Positions 57,302 to 64,000 of a stretch of 64,000 nucleotides of DNA are shown here, piece after piece. The notes beneath the pieces were generated by a model. That model searched no databases. It saw only the letters and a list, made by a program, of their open reading frames with translations, and was not told where the DNA came from. The position numbers and the translations under genes were made by a program. How positions within the stretch are numbered: position 1 is the stretch's first letter; the number at the start of each line of letters is the position of its first letter. This DNA comes from Trichormus sp. ATA11-4-KO1 (GTDB taxonomy: Bacteria; Cyanobacteriota; Cyanobacteriia; Cyanobacteriales; Nostocaceae): the NCBI GenBank assembly GCA_019358915.1, contig JAHHIM010000073.1, positions 32,001 to 96,000 on the forward strand, given 5' to 3'.

Positions 57302-58966
57302 ATGCGGAACATCATACTCGTTCCGAGTTGGTTGCGATTTTTAATTATATTTTTATTGTCAATAGGTATATTATTTCGCTTTGTCAACCTTGATGGCAAA
57401 GTCTACTCACATGACGAAACTTATACGTCATTGAGAATTTCTGGTTACACAGTAGATGAAGTAAAGCAGGAAATATTTACTGGTCGTGTAATTAGTAAAG
57501 AAAGTTTTGCTAAGTTTCAAAGTTCTAATCTGGAAAAAAGCTTCAGTGACATAATTATGTCTTTGGCAACAAAAGACCCACAGCATCCACCAATTTATTA
57601 TTTAATAGCCAGGTTTTGGGTAGAAGTCTTTGGTAATTCTGTAACAGCAATTAGAAGTTTATCTGCTTTTTTTAGCTTGTTAGTTTTCCCATGTAGTTAT
57701 TGGTTATATCGAGAATTATTTCATGTGCCGTTAACAGTACCAGGGTTAGCGATCGCTCTCATGGCAATATCACCAATTCATCTAGTTTATGCTCAAGAAG
57801 CACGAGAATATATGCTTTGGTTAGTCACCATCATATTATGTAGCGCCGCACTATTGCGAGCCATTCGGCTAGAGTCAAAAGATAATCAAGAATTAGCCAA
57901 AAGACAGCAAAATTCAGATCGCTTTGCTACATGGGTAATTTATGTAATCACTTTAGTACTCAGTCTATATACATGTTTGTGGGGTGTATTTATTGCAATT
58001 GCTCATGGAATTTATCTGATGATCATGACAAAATTCCAACTGACAGAAACTGTGAGAGCTTATTTGCTAGCATCATCTTTGAGCTTTTTAGCCTTTATGC
58101 CTTGGATGATGATTGTGGTGGCTAATTTTTTCGAGTTCCTGTTGACAGCATCTGTGAGTAAAAACCAGTTATCTCTAATGCCTTTAATTTCATTTTGGTT
58201 AATGCAGGTAAGCCGAATTTTTTTTGATTTAAACTTTAACTTAAACAATCCTCTAAGTTATTTAATTTCACTGATTTTTTTAATTTTAGTAGGATACGCA
58301 ATTTATTTTATGTGTCGTACAACTAATTACAAAACTTGGTTGTTTATTGTGACTCTGATTATAGTACCAGCGTTACCTATCATGCTGCTAGATTTATTTT
58401 CTGGGGATATAACCTCAATTTCGGAACCTTATTTAATACCTGCTTATTTAGGTATTCAAATTACTGTTGCTTATTTGCTAGGCACACAAATATATAGTGG
58501 GATTGTATCACGCCGCAGAATTTGGCAAATGATTATTTTGCTGGTAATTGTTTGTGGATTAATTTCTTACAGGGTGAGTTATGAAGCAGAAACTTGGTGG
58601 CATAAGGAAGTTAGTTATAGTAATCCATTAGTTGCTAATATTATAAATCTGTCAGAAAGCCCATTGTTAATTAGTGACTCTGAGGGTATTAATTATGGTA
58701 ATGTGTTTTCTTTAAGCTATCTTGTGCAGCCAAAAGTGCGGTTTCAATTGCTCAAAAATCAAATTATTCCTGATATTCCTGATGGCTTTACTGATATTTT
58801 TTTATTAAATCCTTCAGACACTTGGCGTAGGCAAATAGTCACAAAGTATGAATTTAATATAAATATAGTTTATGAGGACGAATATTACTCACTCTGGAAA
58901 TTAGCACAACCTCGCACCTCACAGCAACGTGTTATGCCCAACCGCAATAAACTTTCCAGTGGGTAA
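57302..58966 (+). CDS. GT39/PMT-like membrane glycosyltransferase (copy 1)
   Basis: LD.KVY.HDE.YT, DPQHPP.YY and SP.H..YAQEAR.Y; multi-TM. Confidence 0.85.
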   Translation: MRNIILVPSWLRFLIIFLLSIGILFRFVNLDGKVYSHDETYTSLRISGYTVDEVKQEIFTGRVISKESFAKFQSSNLEKSFSDIIMSLATKDPQHPPIYYLIARFWVEVFGNSVTAIRSLSAFFSLLVFPCSYWLYRELFHVPLTVPGLAIALMAISPIHLVYAQEAREYMLWLVTIILCSAALLRAIRLESKDNQELAKRQQNSDRFATWVIYVITLVLSLYTCLWGVFIAIAHGIYLMIMTKFQLTETVRAYLLASSLSFLAFMPWMMIVVANFFEFLLTASVSKNQLSLMPLISFWLMQVSRIFFDLNFNLNNPLSYLISLIFLILVGYAIYFMCRTTNYKTWLFIVTLIIVPALPIMLLDLFSGDITSISEPYLIPAYLGIQITVAYLLGTQIYSGIVSRRRIWQMIILLVIVCGLISYRVSYEAETWWHKEVSYSNPLVANIINLSESPLLISDSEGINYGNVFSLSYLVQPKVRFQLLKNQIIPDIPDGFTDIFLLNPSDTWRRQIVTKYEFNINIVYEDEYYSLWKLAQPRTSQQRVMPNRNKLSSG

Positions 58967-59116
58967 CAGTATTCTCAAAAATTGGCAAAATTAAGGTTTC
59001 ATATTGACTCATAATAAGTTTTAGTATGCGACTGGTGACAGTGAGCGAACCTCACCCTTAACTACTTGTCCCGCCTGAGTGGGTGATTTTGTCAAACTTA
59101 TTGAGAAATCTAATTT

Positions 59117-60742
59117 ATGCGACATCTCAAACTTGCTCCTAGTTGGTTGCAGTTTTTAATTGTCGTTCTGTTAGCCCTGGGTGTATTTTTCCGATTCTTG
59201 AATTTAGATGGTAAAGTTTACTGGCATGATGAGACTTTTACCTCATTACGAATTTCTGGTTACACTGCTGCTGAGGTCAAACAGCAAATTTTTAATGGCC
59301 GTATCATTACCAAAGAAAGTTTCGCCAAGTTTCAAAGTCCGAACTTAGAAAAAAGCTTAGGCGATACCCTTAAGTCTTTAGCAACAGAAGATCCGCAGCA
59401 CCCGCCGCTTTATTACGTCATCGCCAGATTCTGGGTGGAAATATTTGGTAACTCGGTGACCACCATCAGAAGTTTGTCGGCTTTCATCAGCTTGTTGGTG
59501 TTTCCCTGCGGTTATTGGTTATGCCGAGAGTTATTTAATGTGCCGTTAACAGTACCAGGGTTAGCGATCGCTCTTATGGCTATTTCACCAATTCACCTAG
59601 TCTATGCTCAGGAAGCACGAGAATATATTCTCTGGATGGTGACTATATTACTATGTAGCGCCTCATTACTGCGAGCTATTCGGCTGGAATCAGTAGATAA
59701 TAAAGAATTAGTAAAAGGACAGCAACTACCTAATCGCCAGGTACTTTGGGGAATTTATGCTGTAACTTTAGCGCTTAGTCTTTATACATTTTTATTAAGT
59801 GGATTTGTGGCAGTATCTCATGGAATTTATGTGCTTGCCATTGCCAAATTCCGTTTGACTGAGACACTCAAAGCTTATATGCTAGCAACTTTAGCAGGGT
59901 TTTTCGCTTTCACACCTTGGATTATGGTTGTGATCATTAACTTCTTTAAATTTGATGATGCAACCGCCTGGACAAAGATGCAGTTGCCTTTAGAAACGTT
60001 AATCCAATCTTGGCTACTACAGTTAAGCAGAATTTTTTTTGATTTAGATTTTGGGTTTGAAAATAACTTTAGCATTTTAGTCACACTAATTTTTTTAATT
60101 TTGGTGATATATGCAATTTATTTTCTTTGTCGGACAACTCACTATAAAGTTTGGTTATTTATCGTGGCTTTGATTGTAGTACCAGCACTACCGCTCATGC
60201 TGCCAGATTTAATTTTTGGAGGTATACGCTCACTTTCTGAACGTTATTTGTTACCTTCTTATTTAGGTATTCAAATTGCTGTTGCCTATCTATTAGCTAC
60301 ACAAATATATAATGGGAAACCATCGCGCCGTCAAATTTGGCAAAAGATAATGATGTTTTTAATTATTTGTGGATTGATTTCTTATACGGTGAGTTCCCAG
60401 GCAGATACTTGGTGGAGTAAGGTTATTAGCTATGGTAATCCACAAGTTGCAAAAATTATCAATCAAATTGATAAACCACTTTTGATGAGTGATGCTTTTG
60501 GGATTAATTATGGCAACATTTTTTCTTTGAGTTATCTTATGCAGCCAAAAGTACGGTTTCTATTGGTACAAGAACAAATTATTCCTGAGATTCCTGATGG
60601 TTTTACTGATATTTTTTTACTAAATCCTTCAGATAGTTGGCGTCAGGAAATAGAAGCTAGATATCAAGCTACAGCAAATGTTGTTTATGGGAACAATCAT
60701 TACTTGCTTTGGAAGTTAGCAAATTATAAGAATTTGCGTTAA
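59117..60742 (+). CDS. GT39/PMT-like membrane glycosyltransferase (copy 2)
   Basis: KVYWHDE, EDPQHPPLYY, YAQEAREY and RYL.P; colinear paralog of copy 1. Confidence 0.88.
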   Translation: MRHLKLAPSWLQFLIVVLLALGVFFRFLNLDGKVYWHDETFTSLRISGYTAAEVKQQIFNGRIITKESFAKFQSPNLEKSLGDTLKSLATEDPQHPPLYYVIARFWVEIFGNSVTTIRSLSAFISLLVFPCGYWLCRELFNVPLTVPGLAIALMAISPIHLVYAQEAREYILWMVTILLCSASLLRAIRLESVDNKELVKGQQLPNRQVLWGIYAVTLALSLYTFLLSGFVAVSHGIYVLAIAKFRLTETLKAYMLATLAGFFAFTPWIMVVIINFFKFDDATAWTKMQLPLETLIQSWLLQLSRIFFDLDFGFENNFSILVTLIFLILVIYAIYFLCRTTHYKVWLFIVALIVVPALPLMLPDLIFGGIRSLSERYLLPSYLGIQIAVAYLLATQIYNGKPSRRQIWQKIMMFLIICGLISYTVSSQADTWWSKVISYGNPQVAKIINQIDKPLLMSDAFGINYGNIFSLSYLMQPKVRFLLVQEQIIPEIPDGFTDIFLLNPSDSWRQEIEARYQATANVVYGNNHYLLWKLANYKNLR

Positions 60743-60922
60743 AAAGTAATGTCAAGATACCTGGATATTAAGAAACGAACCGCAAAGGACACAAAGTGCG
60801 CTAAGAAAGAGAGTGATATTGCTCAAGTACAAGTTTACAGATAAGTAGAAAGATTTAAGTTTGTAGTAAGCGGCTAAAGCCCTTAAAAACCTTGTAAGAA
60901 AGTGATAAATTGCTCACTACGA

Positions 60923-61085
60923 GGGAGCATCCCAATTTGGCAAAAATATAAGGAACTGACGCAATAACCATATTAAACCCTCTTACCTTTGTGTCCTTTG
61001 CGTCTTGGTGGTTCGTTTTATTTCACCTTTCTGGGTAAGCCAAATTTCCATAAATAAATTAAACTTGCACATTTGGGATGTTCCC
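60923..61085. mobile_element. 163-bp MITE with approximately 8-bp target duplication
   Basis: Left TIR GGGAGCATCCCAATTTG; right reverse complement GGGAACATCCCAAATGT. Flanks CACTACGA (60915-60922) and TACTACGA (61086-61093). Confidence 0.75.
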
Positions 61086-61150
61086 TACTACGAACAAAAT
61101 TTTATCAATTATGTCTACTTAATTAATTGATATTATCTGACTCATAAAAC

Positions 61151-63403
61151 TTAAATTTTTGTCACAGAAATTGGATTAATATCCATTTTTTTCTTAGACA
61201 AAATTCGTGGTTTCAGTAAAATTTTAAATAAGAGGAACAACGAGATTAACTCTCCTGGTGCATTTTGATGTTTCCATTGTCCTGGACGACAAAATAATAT
61301 CTCAACAAGACGGCGGTGTTGACTCAATTTTACTGATTTAAACCTAACTCGTACTGTGGGAAATTCATCTTTAAACCCAGTACGAATAATTTTTCCACTC
61401 AGATGTAAGTTTTCGTCAGTAATTTCTATATCTACTGGCTGATTTGCTAATAGGTAAAAATGAGGTTTTTGAGTTAAAGCAATTTCTGCACCTACTTCTG
61501 ACATCATTGTAGTTATACCCCATAAACTTTGCTCACCAATTCTTAATTGCACTACTCGCCGCAAATCAAACCATTCATACATATCTGCTTTGGGAGCATC
61601 TAGTAAAATCCATAAGGTAATCCCAATCATGATGAAATTATAAGAACTCCATAGCCAAGCTAAATTGATACCTGTGATTTGTTTTGAGGTTTCTGGTGTA
61701 ATGATGATAGTCAACAAACTAACCGCAGTAGCCATAAACAAAATTATTAAAGGTAGAGCTAAGTTCCAGTTAAAGGTATAGCGATTGTTGAATATGCCTT
61801 TAGGTGTTACTTTAAATCCTTTGGCAAACGGATTAATCATAACTTGTATGATGTTCAATGCCAAAGGAAAACAGATGATTAATGAATAAATGTCTGATAG
61901 TAGTGCTGAAGATGAGCGATAATTCAACCAAGAAAATACGGCAAAATTTACTAAATAGTAAGGTAATAAAAAATATAATAGTTCTGCTGGTGTTGACTGG
62001 ATAGGAATTACATTTAAGAATGCATATGCTAATGGTATGAGTAAAAAATAAATACGGGAAATATTACTAAACCAATACAATAGTCCACCTAAATAAGCTA
62101 ATCTTTGAATAGGTGTCAATCCAGGAATTATTAAAGGATTTGTCTGAATGAATAACGACTGGAGTGTTCCTTGCTCCCACCTTAATCGTTGAATTGCATA
62201 GGAGGCAATATTTTCTGCTGCTAGACCAGCACTTAATTTTTCATTTAAATAAACTATCCGATAACCTTGAGCAGATAACCGAATTCCTGTGAAATAATCT
62301 TCGCTTAAAGATTCAACTACAAAACCCCCAGTTTTCTCTAAAATATTTCTGCGAACAACAAAAGAAGTCCCAGAACAAATGGCACTACCTGAAGCATCAC
62401 GACTCGCTTGAACTTGTCTATGAAATACTTCGGATTCATGGGTGAGAATGTTTTCTAGTCCAAGATTGCGAGCTATGGGGTCAGCATTATAAAAGCTTTG
62501 GGGTGTTTGCACAAGGGCAATTTTTGTATCTTGAAAGAAGCCAACGGTACGAGTAAGAAAGTTTTTTGTGGGAATAAAATCAGCGTCGAAAACTACTATC
62601 AATTCTCCCTGAGTCTTAGCGATCGCATGATTTAAATTTCCGGCTTTAGCATGACTATTATCTGGTCGTGTTATGTATTCACAACCTAACTCTTCAGCTA
62701 AATATTTCATTTCTAGTCGCCTAGTATCATCTAAAAGATAAATTTTTTTATTGGCATATTCTAGTGCTTGACAACCGATAATAGTGCGCCGCAAAATAAA
62801 AGTTGGTTCATTATAAGTTGGTATTAAAATATCAATAGATGGAGTAAAGCTGCCATCAATCACAGCTAACGATTTGGCATCTGCTTCCCGGTGTCGCTCT
62901 TTAATATTTAACAAAAAAAATAGCTGTATCATACTATTGAATAACACTAACATCTCTGCGAAGAATAAGCCGAGACTAAATACCCCATTTAATGGATCTG
63001 CAACATTCAAAGTCGAGAGCGATCGCCACAGCACATACCGCAAAGTTAAGATAATTAAAATTCCCACTATCAGCCGCCGAGACCAATTTCGGGGGTGAGG
63101 AGAAAGTTTCATCACCACAAATACAGTTAGTAGCAAGCCTACCGTAGGTAGCAGCAAATATTTACCCTTTACCGTTGGTACTTCCAACCAAATTGGTGGG
63201 TTTGTTTGCCAGGTGTGAATTTGAGTAAAAATTCCACTAATCTTATCATTACCTGTAAACCAAGCTGCTACTATAATGCAGGCTACAACAAAGAAACCTA
63301 AAAGAATCAGCGTTGTTGTTTGAGGTTTAAAAACTCTTTGGGAATCACGATGGGGAGGAATTTTACTACTAAACCTTGATGTGGGTAATTCGCGCTTTTG
63401 CAC
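61151..63403 (-). CDS. Cellulose synthase-like GT2 (BcsA/CesA-like) with PilZ-like C-terminus
   Basis: IPTYNE, LLDD, HAKAGNLN, FDADF, QTPQ.F, SED, QRLRW and FKVTPK motifs. Confidence 0.9.
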   Translation of the reverse strand: MQKRELPTSRFSSKIPPHRDSQRVFKPQTTTLILLGFFVVACIIVAAWFTGNDKISGIFTQIHTWQTNPPIWLEVPTVKGKYLLLPTVGLLLTVFVVMKLSPHPRNWSRRLIVGILIILTLRYVLWRSLSTLNVADPLNGVFSLGLFFAEMLVLFNSMIQLFFLLNIKERHREADAKSLAVIDGSFTPSIDILIPTYNEPTFILRRTIIGCQALEYANKKIYLLDDTRRLEMKYLAEELGCEYITRPDNSHAKAGNLNHAIAKTQGELIVVFDADFIPTKNFLTRTVGFFQDTKIALVQTPQSFYNADPIARNLGLENILTHESEVFHRQVQASRDASGSAICSGTSFVVRRNILEKTGGFVVESLSEDYFTGIRLSAQGYRIVYLNEKLSAGLAAENIASYAIQRLRWEQGTLQSLFIQTNPLIIPGLTPIQRLAYLGGLLYWFSNISRIYFLLIPLAYAFLNVIPIQSTPAELLYFLLPYYLVNFAVFSWLNYRSSSALLSDIYSLIICFPLALNIIQVMINPFAKGFKVTPKGIFNNRYTFNWNLALPLIILFMATAVSLLTIIITPETSKQITGINLAWLWSSYNFIMIGITLWILLDAPKADMYEWFDLRRVVQLRIGEQSLWGITTMMSEVGAEIALTQKPHFYLLANQPVDIEITDENLHLSGKIIRTGFKDEFPTVRVRFKSVKLSQHRRLVEILFCRPGQWKHQNAPGELISLFLLFKILLKPRILSKKKMDINPISVTKI

Positions 63404-63847
63404 TTGATAAAACTCCTGAAAATAAATAATTTTCTTTGCTTATTGTGACGCATTTTGAAAAAATGTTACAACTTTAGCAAATTATTAAATTTTCTCTAAA
63501 AAAGCAAAACTAATTAGAGAATACCTCAGTATATTTACTGAGCAAGAAGAACACGTAGCTATACAAACCAAAGCCGCCTGTGCAAACTCCAGGAATTTGC
63601 ACCCCATGTAGGTAGTCTTTCCTCCGGGAATTAAAAAAGTGCGATGTTTCCCATCAATGAACCATGACACACAATGTTGTGGTTCACTAGCTACGGCATA
63701 ATATTTGTAGACTAATTAATTGTTGGTTTATTTAAAATCAGCTAAAAATCACGCAACTAAATTTTTAACAAATTCTCAGCTTAAATTAATTTTGCTCAAG
63801 AGATAAAGCTTTAAATTATCTTTAGACACTTTAAGGATATTAAATCT

Positions 63848-64000
63848 ATGAAATTTTCGCAATTAGTAATTCTTGGTATTGTTGCCATTATCACTATGGG
63901 CTGTACAACAGAGGTAACTTCAAATCAGCCAGATACTCCAACGCCAGTCGCCACAACCGTAGCTAGTCCAGTTGCTCAATCGGGAAACTTTCAGGCTGCG
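63848..64000 (+). CDS. Lipoprotein, partial (possibly DM13-domain)
   Basis: MKFSQLVILGIVAIITMGC lipobox, Pro/Thr linker, then SGNFQA. Runs off the window end. Confidence 0.6.
   Translation, partial: MKFSQLVILGIVAIITMGCTTEVTSNQPDTPTPVATTVASPVAQSGNFQAA

Noticed and set aside
63485..63670. 61-aa minus-strand ORF upstream of the cellulose-synthase-like gene
   Set aside because: No recognisable domain or RBS; part of it overlaps repeat-like sequence.

Overview
Chromosomal segment of a filamentous cyanobacterium, most likely Nostocales. Evidence: frequent HIP1 octamers (GCGATCGC), 7-bp STRR tandem repeats, Nostoc-type small repeats/MITEs and the sixA-gltA-ndhAIGE-nadK gene order. Housekeeping genes (ispG, ctpC, ilvN, cysS, recQ, alr, nrnA, sixA, gltA, ndhA/I/G/E, nadK) alternate with accessory blocks. 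(1) A RelE/YafQ-type toxin-antitoxin pair at the left end. (2) A TetR-cytochrome P450 cassette with a visible operator. (3) An ~18.5 kb heavy-metal island (13.2-31.8 kb): NreB/NrsD-like remnant, MscS, aztA/aztR, frameshifted TauE/SafE gene, an NrsBA/CzcBA-like RND operon, IS5 debris with a MITE, and a higher-GC module of MerR, Met-rich adaptor, atypical RND and a Met-rich secreted protein with two matching MerR operators. (4) A Zur-box-led thrS2-COG0523-folE operon near a second COG0523 gene. (5) A RusA / PD-(D/E)xK+HEPN+antitoxin-tail / PIN nuclease cassette between nrnA and sixA. (6) GNAT, two GT39 genes and a cellulose-synthase-like gene at the right end. The best candidates for undescribed systems are the RusA-REase/HEPN-PIN cassette and the MerR-controlled Met-rich RND module. 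No rRNA, tRNA or CRISPR array was seen. All family calls come from motif reading and recall, not database searches.
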